Below are positions 39,001 through 46,575 of a stretch of 64,000 bases of DNA, piece by piece. Under the pieces are notes generated by a model that was given only the letters and a program-made list of their open reading frames with translations, was not told where the DNA came from and searched no databases. Source of the DNA: Octopus vulgaris (lineage: Eukaryota); assembly GCA_951406725.2 (NCBI GenBank), contig OX597814.1:127844001-127908000 (forward strand), in the 5' to 3' direction. The translations under genes were made by a program, and so were the position numbers. The first letter of the stretch is position 1, and each line of letters begins with the position of its first letter.

Positions 39001-42000
39001 TCATTGATAGAAACTGGTTATATACATCTGTTTATTATGTACACTGTGTATATTAGTTAGGCTGGTGTCCCTCATCTTGATTCTTGCTGTGACTATGTTT
39101 CAGCTGTTGTATGCTTCAGCCTTCTTCAGGTGTCTTGTGATCCACCTTAGAACTTTGCTTGGGATTGGACTCAAAACTAGCCAACACTTTTTATCCTCTA
39201 CACCAGTGGTTCCCAAAGTGGGTGGCATTGCTCCCCTGGGGACGGTGGAAAGATCCGGGGGGGGGGGGGCTTTGAAGAAAAATGGGGCGATAATGGGGTA
39301 ACCAAAATGGGGCAATGGATGCAAAACAAATAAAATAAAGGGTTAATTAGGTCAAGTTTTATTTGTGACATACTGTTGTATTGAACTTGCTGCAGAAAAT
39401 GGTCTATGTCTGTGATGGTAAGTGGAGCGAGGGGTACTAGGAATGTGGCCTTAGAACCAAGAGGGTGGCAGCCTGAAAAAGTTTGGGAATCACTGCTCTA
39501 CACTATACCCATAGATAGAGCAAATTTTTTAAAGCTTATAAAACTCTATTGATGTCTTGTGTTGGCTCCGTACCAATTGGGTAATAAATACAGAATTGTA
39601 TATATGTGTTTGTATTGTTTGAGTTTGTATTTCTATCATCTACATGTGTATTTTGTTTGCTGATTGTAAACAGGCGCAGGAGTGGCTGTGTGGTAAGTAG
39701 CTTGCTTACTAACCACATGGTTCGTGGTTCAGTCCCACTGTGTGGCACCTTGGGCAAGTGTCTTCTACTATAGCCTTGGGCCGACCAAAGCCTTGTGAGT
39801 GGATTTGGTAGACGGAAACTGAAAGAAGCCTGTCGTATATATGTATATGTATATATATGTGTGTGTGTCTGTGTTTGTCCCCTCTTCCCTCCAACATCGC
39901 TTGACAACCGATGCTTGTGTGTTTACATCCCCGTAACTTAGCGGTTCGGCAAAAAGAGACCGATAGAATAAGTACTAGGCTTACAGAGAATAAGTCCTGG
40001 GGTCGATTTCCTCGACTAAAGGTGGTGCTCCAGCATGGCTGCAGTCAAATGACTGAAACAAGTAAAAGAGTAATGGTTTTTCTAATAGTGTTGTTTGCTT
40101 TCAGTCCATCTCGAAAGTATGTCGGGGCTTTTTGATATGTCTTGACATGTTGCATGGTCTTTGTAAACAAAAGGCTCATCTATGAAGAGAGTGCAGGTTT
40201 GTTGTGATGTATATGTATTGTGTGCAGACAGTTAGGGAAGAGTGGAAAGAGGTATTGTTTGCATAGGAATTGGCATTTGTTACAAGTGACAACAGGTAGA
40301 TAGTGAATGTGCTGGAAAAGATTTGGTGGGGAACATAACTGAAACATGGGATGCTCAAGAGTTGGTAGAATGAGGGTTTTACTCAGCAAAGTATTCATCA
40401 CTCTGAGGCTATAGAAGATACTTTTTCAAGGTGTCATTCAGTAGAATATGAATATATATCCTCATCATCATCATCGTTTAGTGTCCACTTTCCATGCTAG
40501 CATGGTTTGGACGGTTCAACTGGGGTCTGGGAAGCCAGAAGGCTGCACCAGGCCCAGTCTGATCTGGCAATGTTTCTACGGCTGAATGCCCTTCCTAATG
40601 CCAACCACTCTGTGAGTGTAGTGGGTGCTTTTTATGTGCCAGGCGAGGCTGGCAAACAGCTACGATCGGATGGTGCTTTTTATGTGCCACTGGCACGAGG
40701 CCAGTTGGATCGGTGCTGGCAACGGCCACGTTCGGTTCTTTTACGTACCACCGGCACTGTTACCACAGCTGCAATTTCCATTGATGTTGATCGATTTTGA
40801 TTTTGATTTTGGATTTTCACTTGCCTCAACAGGTCTTCACTAGTAGAGTTTTGTGTCCCAAGAAGAAAAGGTATACATAAGTGGACTGGCTACATCCCAT
40901 GTAGAGGCCACGGGTTATGATCTCACTTGTCCTGCCAGGTCTTCTCACGTACAGCATACTTCCAAAGATCTCGGTCTCTAGTTATTTCCTCGGTGAGACC
41001 TAAAGTTTGAAGGTTGTGTTTCACCACCTCGTCCCAGGTTTTCCTGGGTCTGCCTCTTCCACAGGTTCCCTCAACCGCTAGGGTGTGGAACTTTTTCACA
41101 CAACTATCTTCATCCATTCTCGCCACATGACCATGTCAGCGCAAACGTCTCTCTTGCACACCACAACTGATGCTTCTTAGGTCCAACTTTTCTCTCAAGG
41201 TACTTACACTCTGTCGAGTATGAACACTGACATTACACATCCATCGGAGCATACTGGCTTCATTTCTTGCGAGCTTATGCATATCCTCAGCAGTCACAGC
41301 CCATGTTTCACTGCCATGTAGCATGGCTGTTCGTACATATGCGTCATACAGTCTGCCTTTTACTCTGAGTGAGAGGCCTTTTGTCACCAGCAGAGGTAAG
41401 AGCTCTCTGAACTTTGCCCAAGCTATTCTTACTCTAGCAGTTACACTTTCAGCACACCCGCTCCTGCTACTGACTTGGTCACCTAGGTAACGGAAGCTAT
41501 CAACTATTTCTTTTTTTTCTCCCTGGAATGTGGCAGAAGTTGGTCTCAGAGCATTTTCAGTGTTTATTGCTCCTGAGCATCTGCCACATACAAAAACTAT
41601 CTTCCTAGTTAGCCTTCCTTTGACATTGCTGCACCTCTTATGTGTCCATAGCTTACACTTGGTGCATCTTATAGAGTTTCTGCCTACGCCTTTTCTGCAG
41701 ATCGAGCAGGGCCATCTACCTGAAGGCATTTGTGATTTGTCTACCTTTCTACTTATTAGGACTTTGGTTTTAGCCAGATTGACCCTAAGGCCCTTTGATT
41801 CTAATCCTTGCTTCCACACCTGAAACTTTTCCTCCAGTTCTGATAGTGACTCAGCAATTAGAGCAAAGTCATCAACATAGAAGAGCTCCCAGGGGCATCC
41901 TGTCTTGAATTCCTCTGTTATTGCTTGGAGGACTATGATAAATAGGAGGGGGCTGAGGACTGAGCCTTGGTGGACCCCAACCTCTACCCGGAATTCTTCA

Positions 42001-45000
42001 CTGTACTCGTTGCCAACCCTCACCTTACTAGCGGTGTCCCTGTACATGGCTCGCACAGCTCTCACTAACCATTCATCTATCCCTAGTTTCCTCATTGACC
42101 ACCAAATAAGGGATCAGGGGACGCTGTCGAAGGCTTTCTCCATGTCAACGAAAGCCAGGTACAGGGGCTTATCTTTGGCTAGGTATTTCTCCTGCAGCTG
42201 CCTTACCAGGAATATAGCATCAGTGGTACTTTCCCCTGGCATGAACCCAAACTACATCTCATCTAAACTAACTCTCTCTCTAATTAGTTGGGCTATGACC
42301 CTCTCCGTAACCTTCATTACCTGATCCAACAACTTGATACCTCTGTAATTATTTGTATCTAGGGCGTCACCTTTACCTTTGTAGCAGTTGACTATTATGC
42401 TGCTACACCAGTCATTGGGTATGACTCCTTCGTGTATCACCTGATTAACTATATGGGTGACTAGGCTATAGCTGACACTACCAGATATTTTGAGCATCTC
42501 TGCAGTGATTTCTGATGGGCCTGGGGCTTTCCCTGTCTTCATGCTTCTAATTGCCTTAACTACCAAGGAACTGTCAACTCGGATAGCTGGTCCCTCTGTT
42601 GGGTCGACATTCGGCAGACTCTCTTTATCCCATTCATTTTCTTTATTCAGCAACCTTTTATTGTGGCGTCTCCAAACCTCTCTCTTTGCATCCTCATTTA
42701 GCGCAAGTGAACCATCATCCATGTGAACACATTTCTCTCCTACCACATCACGATTCTCTCTCACACACTGTCTTGCAACACGAAATACCTCAAGTCTTTG
42801 GTCCTCACGGCGCAGAACATTGGCAAATTTTTTCTTATCTGCTTCCCCTCTGGCTAAATAGACCTGTCTCCTAGCTTCTCTTTTGGCAGTCTGATACAAT
42901 TCCCTGCTACCACCATTCTTCCAGTCCTTCCAAGCCTGTCTCTTTTGTCTAATAGCCCTGTCTACAACATTGTTCCACCACCACATTATTTTGGGTCGAG
43001 AGGGGTTTTGCACCATCCACAGATCTGGTCAGTGGCTCTCAGCAGGTTGTCCCTTAGAAACGTCCAGTTGTCTTTTACCCCATTTGAAGCTCTATCCCCT
43101 TCTACTTCGTCAAAGGCTTCAAGTAATATGTCCCTAAATCTTTGTCCATTCGCAGGATCTTTAAGCTTCCAGATCCTTCTTCTCCATGTTGGTCATCTTC
43201 TGGTCGTTCTCTTAGTCCTGATCCTAAAGTCACTAACTACCAGTCTATGTTGTGGGGTACATTCTTCGCCTGGGAACGTTTTGGCATTTATATATATATA
43301 AGTTCAGCAAAAATCTAGATTCAGATGAATATGGTACTTAAGTTAAAGGCACCAGAATTTGGTATGGTATTATCCATATAAATTAAATGGGGTGATTATA
43401 ATCAAAATAAGCAATGATATCCTTGTTGCTTATTTTGAGTATATATATATATTAACGAACTAGTTTGCTAGTTGCAAAACTAGTGACTGTCTGACACTGT
43501 TTTTTCTATATATATTGTAAGCTGGGTTAGACTACTGCTATGTCTAGCAGACGAGTATCCATCACTGAAGATGGTCTAATAAGATTGAAATCATGTGATA
43601 TGGTGGTCTCTGAGCTAGGAGAGTAGGGAGTTCTCTCCCCACTTGCAATATATATATCAAGTGCAAAGTGCACTGAATAGCCAGCTGAAGGAAGTTTCCT
43701 CTTGAGGTTAAAATAACAGTATTGTCTGTCCTTAAAGAACATGTTTAAGTGGTGATAAACATTACTTTTATATATATAATATCATCATTATTTAGTATTC
43801 ATGTTTCATGCCAGCAGTTGAATCCACCTATATATATGGAATATGAACATTTTTGGATGCTGTAAATGTTATTTACATGTTATGTTTAAATGTCTCTATG
43901 TACTTTATCAAGTAACTTATGTGTTGTAGGGATCATTACAAGGAATATTTAATAACATTGATCAATGAAAACAAAGTCGACCCCATTGAGTTGTTCACGA
44001 AACAGAAAATTATACAAGTTCTTTCTCGCTATGACAAAACTGCCCCAGACCAAGGCAATCAGTCAGAAAGTGAATATATCAACTCTCTCAAAAAGGTAAC
44101 TGCCATTTTTCTCTCTCGACTGCTTTACTCACTTTTACTTTTTCTTTTAGATGATGTGCAAAAGGAAAATTTAGAGAAATAAGCCTTTCTAATTTTGGCA
44201 CAAGGCCAGCAATTTTGATGGGAAGGGGAAACCGATTACATTGATCCTAGTACTCATCATCATCGATTAATGCCCGTTTTCCGTGCTGGCATGGGTTTGG
44301 TGCTTATTTTATTGACCTTAAAAGAATGAAAGGCAAAGTCAATTTCAGTGGCATTTGAACATGGAATATAAAGAACCATGAGAAATGCTACTAAGCATTT
44401 TTCCTTGATGCTCTAACAATTCTGCTCGTTCACTTGTCTTTGTTTAAATAAATCATGGCTCTTCATTTTCTCAATGGATTCAGCTGTCTTTATGTTCAAC
44501 ATTTGATCACTCTCTCACTCTGGCTGGGTAACCATATACTTCCTCAACTTCTGTCTCTCTGTCTCACTATAACCTTTCATCATCATCTGATACAAGATCC
44601 CCTCTTCCAATGCTTCCTCCACTCACAATGCAAGTTACTTGGTTTACTTGGTGACTCTACCAGTGCTTATGCCACTTAAAAAGCATCGAATCTACACTGT
44701 AAAGTGCTTGGTTTTTTGGAAGGGGATCCAGCTGTAAAAACTATGCCAAAACTAAACTTGCCTGTGCTTGTGCCATGTAAAAAGCACTCAGTCGACTCTG
44801 CTTGGTGGTTGGTGTCAGCTCCTGTCAAACCGTCCAACCCATGCCAGCATGGAAGGCAGACATTAAACAATGATGATGATGATGCTACTCTTTAGTGTCA
44901 TTAGTTTCTTCAGAACAAAAGTCTTTTTTTACCTTTTTATTAAGTCAAAAATTAATCATGAAATCCTGTCCAAACTGTTACAAATATTATTGGTATATTA

Positions 45001-45534
45001 GTTTTTCTTAATTTCTTTCAGTTCTTTCTGTAGTTACTATGCTATCATGGCAGCCACTTTGTCACTAATTAGGTTACATAGATAATAGGGGTAACCTATG
45101 ATTAACTACTACTGTGTATTTATCCCAGCTGAAGTTCTGATTGTCTATCACCCCACTAAATGCATTGTGATTAATCCAAACTTAGCTGCAACCATTATTA
45201 TAAAGGCAGCCAGGGTGGTGAATTGGCAGAAATGTTAGCATACTGGGTGAAATGCTTAGCAATATTTCGTCTGTCTTCACATTCTGAGTTCAAATTCTGC
45301 CATGGTTAACTTTACCTCTCATCCTTTCGGGGTCAATAAAATAAGTACCAGTCGAGTTAATGTAATTGGCTATCCTTTGTGCTCTTAGTAGAAAGGATTA
45401 TTGTAAAGTTACAATAGGTGCTAATCAAACCACACAGTTAAGCAGTTATTTCTGGGTGGAAGATGGTCAAATGATAATATCAATATTGCAGAATTACTTC
45501 TTGTAATGCTAGTGTGGAGAAGTGGATATAAAAA

Positions 45535-45576
<42 letters not shown>

Positions 45577-45760
45577 AAGGATAAAGACCCCTTCAGTCAT
45601 GAATGACCTAGAAATTCATTGTTGAATTGCTTCATGGTGGTTTTTCTCTAATTTATATACATATATTATATATATATTTATTTTATATGCATTATATATA
45701 ACAATGAATATTTATTTCTATTTTCAGTTGCTGCAGCAAGTTGAACCAATTTTGAAATGA
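1469..45760 (+). CDS. RNF31: HOIP/RNF31-like RBR E3 ubiquitin ligase (LUBAC catalytic subunit), 19 spliced coding exons, 5' end probably upstream of window
   Basis: Manual exon chain with AG/GT borders and matching phases sums to 3510 nt (1169 aa + stop). Domain order PUB, B-box, NZF, UBA, RING1, IBR, RING2 (GGCIHF), LDD ([14 protein letters not shown]; [11 protein letters not shown]) matches HOIP. Confidence 0.95.
2070..2358 (+). mobile_element. RTE 3'-UTR/tail-only copy
   Basis: ...ccaacccatgctagcatggaaagcggacgttaaac(gat)n, same 3' end as the LINE. Confidence 0.8.
2940..3320. repeat. Degenerate minisatellite (acagctatggt..gtagtggtcattt units)
   Basis: Several diverged ~35-bp units. Confidence 0.65.
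3358..3655 (+). mobile_element. RTE 3'-UTR/tail-only copy
   Basis: Shared tail motif. Confidence 0.8.
3753..3938 (+). CDS. RNF31: HOIP exon 2 (PUB C-terminal half, [11 protein letters not shown]...[12 protein letters not shown])
   Basis: ctag acceptor, gtaagt donor; resembles human GGRDVLRLYGY...LQNTHP. Confidence 0.85.
4072..4270 (-). mobile_element. tRNA-derived SINE family B
   Basis: gagctggcagaaacgctagc...gagttcaaattcc head on the minus strand; also at 23925, 33144, 44185, 45212. Confidence 0.8.
4773..4822. other. Perfect 23-bp inverted repeat with 4-nt spacer
   Basis: tcccaaaaagaactagtctacat-atag-atgtagactagttctttttggga. Confidence 0.9.
5463..5490 (+). CDS. RNF31: HOIP exon 3, 28-nt microexon (LLEESEVEQ)
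   Basis: Pyrimidine tract + tag acceptor, gttggt donor; supplies the phase 0 to 1 change needed for the B-box exon. Confidence 0.7.
6480..6885 (-). mobile_element. SINE family A
   Basis: Reverse complement of 12753-13175. Confidence 0.85.
7735..8013 (-). mobile_element. RTE 3'-UTR/tail-only copy
   Basis: Near-identical to 40460-40700. Confidence 0.82.
8092..8242 (+). CDS. RNF31: HOIP exon 4 (B-box, CSICG...[18 protein letters not shown])
   Basis: ttccag acceptor, gtaaat donor; HOIP-type B-box C/H pattern. Confidence 0.9.
9519..9573 (+). CDS. RNF31: HOIP exon 5 (55 nt, [18 protein letters not shown])
   Basis: Strong pyrimidine tract + cag, CAG|gtaagt donor, phase 2 to 0 fits neighbours. 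Confidence 0.8.
9716..11715. mobile_element. Inverted pair of a tRNA-headed, hammerhead-bearing element, interrupted by the RTE insertion
   Basis: 9720-9868 is the reverse complement of 11540-11700; 9898-9922 pairs with 9991-10014; tRNA A/B-box-like head on the minus strand at 9905-9975. Confidence 0.65.
10028..11512 (-). mobile_element. RTE LINE 3' fragment with ~193-bp tandem duplication in its 3' UTR
   Basis: ORFs 11303-11698 and 10716-11381 match the 41-kb copy; 10241-10433 is repeated at 10434-10632. Confidence 0.92.
12753..13175 (+). mobile_element. tRNA-derived SINE family A, full length
   Basis: ggcgcaggagtg...A/B-box head, central (TA/TG)n, (taaaagag)n tail; multi-copy in window. 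Confidence 0.88.
13365..14228 (+). CDS. RNF31: HOIP exon 6 (helical/coiled-coil region, low-complexity linker, one NZF-like finger WKCSTC...CFNC)
   Basis: 864-nt open frame within ORF 13206-14255; tttcag acceptor, gtaagt donor. Confidence 0.88.
15895..16237 (-). mobile_element. CR1-type LINE 3' fragment with (TAAC)n tail
   Basis: RLRGHSEKL...[13 protein letters not shown]...FKASLD. Confidence 0.85.
16519..16878 (+). CDS. RNF31: HOIP exon 7 (linker to UBA, ...[10 protein letters not shown])
   Basis: ttttcag acceptor, gtaagg donor, phase 0/0. Confidence 0.88.
17595..17835 (+). mobile_element. Penelope-like terminal fragment with degenerate hammerhead (17747-17782)
   Basis: cag-ttgaaaa-ggtc/gact-GAAA-ccggta-ctg; bounded by (TA)n. 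Confidence 0.5.
17855..18132 (+). repeat. 5' LTR (278 bp)
   Basis: TG...CA ends with short terminal inverted repeat; direct repeat of 21504-21778. Confidence 0.95.
18133..18144 (+). promoter_or_regulatory. Non-canonical primer-binding site AGCTATTTCGGC
   Basis: Abuts the 5' LTR; no TGG; reverse complement GCCGAAATAGCT equals nt 1-12 of metazoan tRNA-Phe(GAA) as recalled. Confidence 0.7.
18173..18976 (+). CDS. gag: Gag with two zinc knuckles
   Basis: 267-aa ORF; [13 protein letters not shown] and [14 protein letters not shown]. Confidence 0.92.
   Translation: MMKSAHVSHELITPFSGDTDVVAWLKKVKLVAKLHGIGDLASFMPLYLDGPALALYLEMEETDQLNAEKVEVRLMEAFVEGMFEAYARLGRMRWTGQQVDVFANELRRLAKLACYEGESLDRMVRLAFVTGFPDNMSVELQKLPNVNSMPMADIISRARVLVSCSRMTSVAVTATSKSGPARSSGEGLKKEHVRPFKGQCFRCQGPHMVRDCVSPKPEVICHRCREPGHIASECLWGNGLRETTAPVVVPLDLSGRVYHRYLWSTFW
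18832..21441 (+). CDS. pol: Pol (-1 frame): aspartic protease, truncated RT, RNase H, integrase
   Basis: ALVDTG protease; WCDAS/NVAELDA/RTD/NRAD RNase H; H-H-C-C, DIT, DNG and GVVER integrase motifs; no YxDD. Confidence 0.92.
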   Translation: MPPVSRAGAYSQRVSVGKRTAGDYCAGSCPFGSVGARLSSLPVVDILVKGKMSRALVDTGCTTTLMTTEVAETWSGGSSVRAVDGREVHCEGVTDAQIVVQGLQLTLRVIVVGHLVDEIDVVMGMDAITRLGGVTVNEAGVTFGLAGKPCRARPCTGDNHEEKDAAHTIEDQDFRAVFDGKRWTVEWHWKGEPPMLKNKVGCYQHTLKGDVRSEFEGEVERWIKEGILITWEKEESGVLPLMAVIQPTKHKVDETVIPAMEVIGHLKSFGLIAKPPEAMEGGAALGLKLWRDKAGALVFRRGNEVPELGASMNRRELFSVCGKLVGHYPIGGWLRTACSFIKRRAEGVKWNDRVGERMIDMMQEVLVRVGTEDPVRGSWYVPKSKSGIVWCDASSIAIGVVLEVGGVMVEDAAWLRKTDDCNHINVAELDAVLKGVNLALKWGLHTIEIRTDLATVLGWATAVITDERRVRTKGAAEMLVKRRLGILRELTTEFNLKLSVIFVPSEKNRADVLTRVKRAWLQVPEDVKQAVAAVCRLSDSELRRLHTMHHMGVDRTLFLARKVDSDVTRQSVQRVVSSCDRCQSIDPAPVVHEAGSIPVDQDWKRLAVDITHYRQGTYLSMVDCGPGRLAIWREMKTGTAEEIVKVLNEIFLERGPVDELLLDNGTAFHSDVLKEMLDEWKVNRFFRAAYRPSGNGVVERHHRTIKAKAERGHISPIEAVFWYNMSPRSGQAEESVPHRAIFRYEWRHPCTTSMRSGAEEEHAFVQVGEEVWVKPSNARCTSQWGKGTITSVNSKNNISVDGMPRHVLDIRRVVHASEDGTSSSGQDENNTSRQDDEASSNIPGTSSRVALRPQRERHPPPWLADYETS
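18880..18886 (+). promoter_or_regulatory. -1 ribosomal frameshift slippery heptamer G GGA AAC
   Basis: X XXY YYZ in gag frame just after the second knuckle, inside the gag/pol overlap; pol is in the -1 frame. Confidence 0.75.
21488..21503 (+). promoter_or_regulatory. Polypurine tract
   Basis: AGATCAGGGGGGGG immediately before the 3' LTR. Confidence 0.75.
21504..21778 (+). repeat. 3' LTR (275 bp)
   Basis: About 12 substitutions plus one 3-bp indel versus the 5' LTR (manual alignment). Confidence 0.95.
21900..22145 (+). CDS. RNF31: HOIP exon 8 (UBA region)
   Basis: tatcag acceptor, gtaact donor; [10 protein letters not shown] and [16 protein letters not shown] are HOIP UBA-like motifs. Confidence 0.9.
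22213..22745 (+). mobile_element. RTE 3'-UTR/tail copy with internal tandem units
   Basis: Repeated gtggcacataaaaggcacc units plus tail. Confidence 0.8.
23583..23798 (+). CDS. RNF31: HOIP exon 9 (second UBA lobe)
   Basis: tttcag acceptor, gtaagt donor; [16 protein letters not shown]...YEKRIW. Confidence 0.9.
23925..24152 (-). mobile_element. SINE family B
   Basis: Same consensus. Confidence 0.8.
24893..25108 (+). CDS. RNF31: HOIP exon 10 (pre-RING1 and RING1 start, ECKIC)
   Basis: GWRRAE...DIVEIV...ECKICF parallels human SWGRAE...DVVEAV...ECAVC. Confidence 0.92.
26441..26816 (+). mobile_element. SINE family A (directly after an RTE tail at 26195-26440)
   Basis: Same head, body and tail. 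Confidence 0.85.
27233..27406 (+). CDS. RNF31: HOIP exon 11 (RING1)
   Basis: [16 protein letters not shown]...CPICSLPEL; canonical splice sites. Confidence 0.93.
27455..27960 (-). mobile_element. RTE 3'-UTR/tail copy
   Basis: Shared tail and internal tttacgtgccac units. Confidence 0.8.
28210..28620 (+). mobile_element. CR1-type LINE 3' fragment with (ATT)n tail
   Basis: [19 protein letters not shown]...FKTS. Confidence 0.8.
29073..29297. mobile_element. piggyBac-type MITE family 2 (decayed; also ~2657-2860, ~17045-17265, ~47624-47830)
   Basis: ttaaccctttaac start; shared core caatgtcattctaaaaataaacaat. Confidence 0.6.
29876..29977 (+). CDS. RNF31: HOIP exon 12 (RING1-IBR linker, [10 protein letters not shown])
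   Basis: Matches human RDPKFLWCAQ; ttcag and gtgagt. Confidence 0.93.
30685..31085 (-). mobile_element. 3' fragment of a second RTE-like LINE family, inserted into an RTE tail
   Basis: LLYGSETW...QFAGHCCR; host tail is split at ccatcatc|...|gatggaaaatggacattaaatgatg. Confidence 0.75.
31500..32095 (+). mobile_element. SINE family A with a Penelope-like insert in its microsatellite
   Basis: SINE halves at 31500-31665 and 31890-32095. Confidence 0.75.
31665..31890 (+). mobile_element. Penelope-like terminal repeat fragment with minimal hammerhead core (31755-31790)
   Basis: gttt-CTGATGA-a-gagc/gctc-GAAA-tgtt-aaa; partial inverted copy at 62820-62900. Confidence 0.65.
32249..32338 (+). CDS. 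RNF31: HOIP exon 13 (IBR)
   Basis: CGGGF...[12 protein letters not shown]; ttcag and gtaagt. Confidence 0.93.
33019..33746 (+). mobile_element. Non-autonomous Helitron
   Basis: A|TCTATAATAATAATAAAAGCG 5' end; subterminal hairpin agcttaaaag..ca-cag-tg..cttttaagct; CTAG|T 3' end; no TSD. Confidence 0.78.
33144..33369 (-). mobile_element. SINE family B with 17-bp TSD, nested in a Helitron
   Basis: cctgggattgaaaatct at 33127-33143 and 33370-33386. Confidence 0.88.
34025..34139 (+). CDS. RNF31: HOIP exon 14 (IBR end, WGDQH...[14 protein letters not shown])
   Basis: Matches human WEEQH...QAQGLAMYLQENGI; gtacgt donor, phase 1. Confidence 0.93.
34374..34492 (+). CDS. RNF31: HOIP exon 15 (RING2, catalytic Cys codon 34418-34420)
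   Basis: [31 protein letters not shown]. Confidence 0.95.
34767..35977 (-). mobile_element. Decayed RTE LINE 3' fragment plus an extra short tail
   Basis: Same ORF2 C-terminus and tail motifs, more diverged; bounded by (TA)n. Confidence 0.85.
36050..36467 (+). mobile_element. Penelope-like element 3' fragment with inverted 5' segment
   Basis: GIY-YIG-type C-terminus [10 protein letters not shown]...[18 protein letters not shown]; 36140-36235 is an inverted copy of 36375-36467. Confidence 0.72.
37189..37302 (+). CDS. RNF31: HOIP exon 16 (RING2/[17 protein letters not shown])
   Basis: Matches human HGHHPRDCLFYLRD. Confidence 0.95.
37600..37930 (-). mobile_element. tRNA-SINE family C (Meta-SINE-like core)
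   Basis: Minus-strand tRNA head then gtgtccttgagcaagacacttt core. Confidence 0.65.
37999..38218. mobile_element. piggyBac-type MITE family 1
   Basis: TTAA flanks, CC..TTCGTTAC / GTAAC..AAGGG TIRs. Confidence 0.82.
38566..38708 (+). CDS. RNF31: HOIP exon 17 ([11 protein letters not shown]...DAKCGK...AGFC)
   Basis: Matches human CRVIEQKE...DEACGK...AGLC. Confidence 0.94.
39204..39495. mobile_element. hAT (Charlie-like) MITE
   Basis: TIR CAGTGGTTCCCAAA / TTTGGGAATCACTG; perfect 8-bp TSD CTCTACAC. Confidence 0.88.
39672..40072 (+). mobile_element. SINE family A, full length
   Basis: Near-identical to the 12753 copy. Confidence 0.88.
40460..43290 (-). mobile_element. RTE-clade LINE, 5'-truncated, with stops (end of APE, RT, PHD-like finger, 3' UTR, (GAT)n tail)
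   Basis: ORFs 42252-43016 and 41136-42095: [27 protein letters not shown]; QHRLVVSDF endonuclease end near 43250. Confidence 0.93.
43930..44095 (+). CDS. RNF31: HOIP exon 18 ([20 protein letters not shown])
   Basis: Matches human HYKEYLVSLINAHSLDP; phase 2 to 0. Confidence 0.94.
45212..45400 (+). mobile_element. SINE family B-related copy
   Basis: tggcagaaatgttagc...gagttcaaattc...cctttcggggtc. Confidence 0.7.
45728..45760 (+). CDS. RNF31: HOIP terminal coding exon ([10 protein letters not shown])
   Basis: ttttcag acceptor, phase 0, TGA stop; position similar to human LTEEVPL. Confidence 0.8.
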   Translation: MLQQVEPILK

Positions 45761-46184
45761 AAGCCTGACTGATAATTTTATTTTTGTTAACCTGAGATAT
45801 ATTTTGTTAATTTATTTAATTTAATCTTTTTTTTTTTTTGATTTGTTAACATTCTGAGTCGTAGGAAATGGTACTCTTGGCAGAGCAGCATTTAATTACA
45901 AGAATTGCATAAGTTTTTAAGCTTTCTGAAGTTAAAAATGGACAAGGGAATGTATAGTATACAGATTGGATTGAAGTCTATAGATTAGTCATGTAGAGAG
46001 AAAGCATGGTTGAATGATAATGTAGACCACTTTGCAGCCATTGGTCCTGAGTTCAATCTCACCATATGGCACTTTGACCATGTGTCTTCTGTCCTGCCTT
46101 TCAACCTTGTGAGTGGAATTTAATTAGTTTCTGTCTGCTAAATTTCACTCATTAAACTGAAAGCTATGGTAAAAGGCACACATA

Positions 46185-46575
46185 CGTGTGTATGTATTTA
46201 TCTGTGTGTGTGTGTTTGTGTATATGTGTGCATGCGTGTATGTGTGTGCATGCGTGTATGTGCATGTGTGTATATGTATGTGTGCATGTGTGTATACATG
46301 TGTGCATGTGTTTATGTGTGCATGCGTATGTGTGTGTATATGTATGTGTGTGTGCATGTACATGTATGTGTGTATATATTTGTGTGTGTGTATATGTATG
46401 TGCGTGTGCATGTACATATGTATATATTTGTGTGTGTGTATATGAGTGGATGTATATATTTGTGTGTGTGTATATGAGTGGATGTATTTATATCTGTGTG
46501 TGTATATGAGTGGATGTATTTATATCTGTGTGTGTATATGAGTGAATGTATTTATATCTGTGTGTGTATATATAT
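46185..46575. repeat. Compound (TG/TA) microsatellite with a ~30-bp minisatellite
   Basis: gtgtgtatatgagtggatgtatttatatct repeated about 4 times. Confidence 0.9.
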
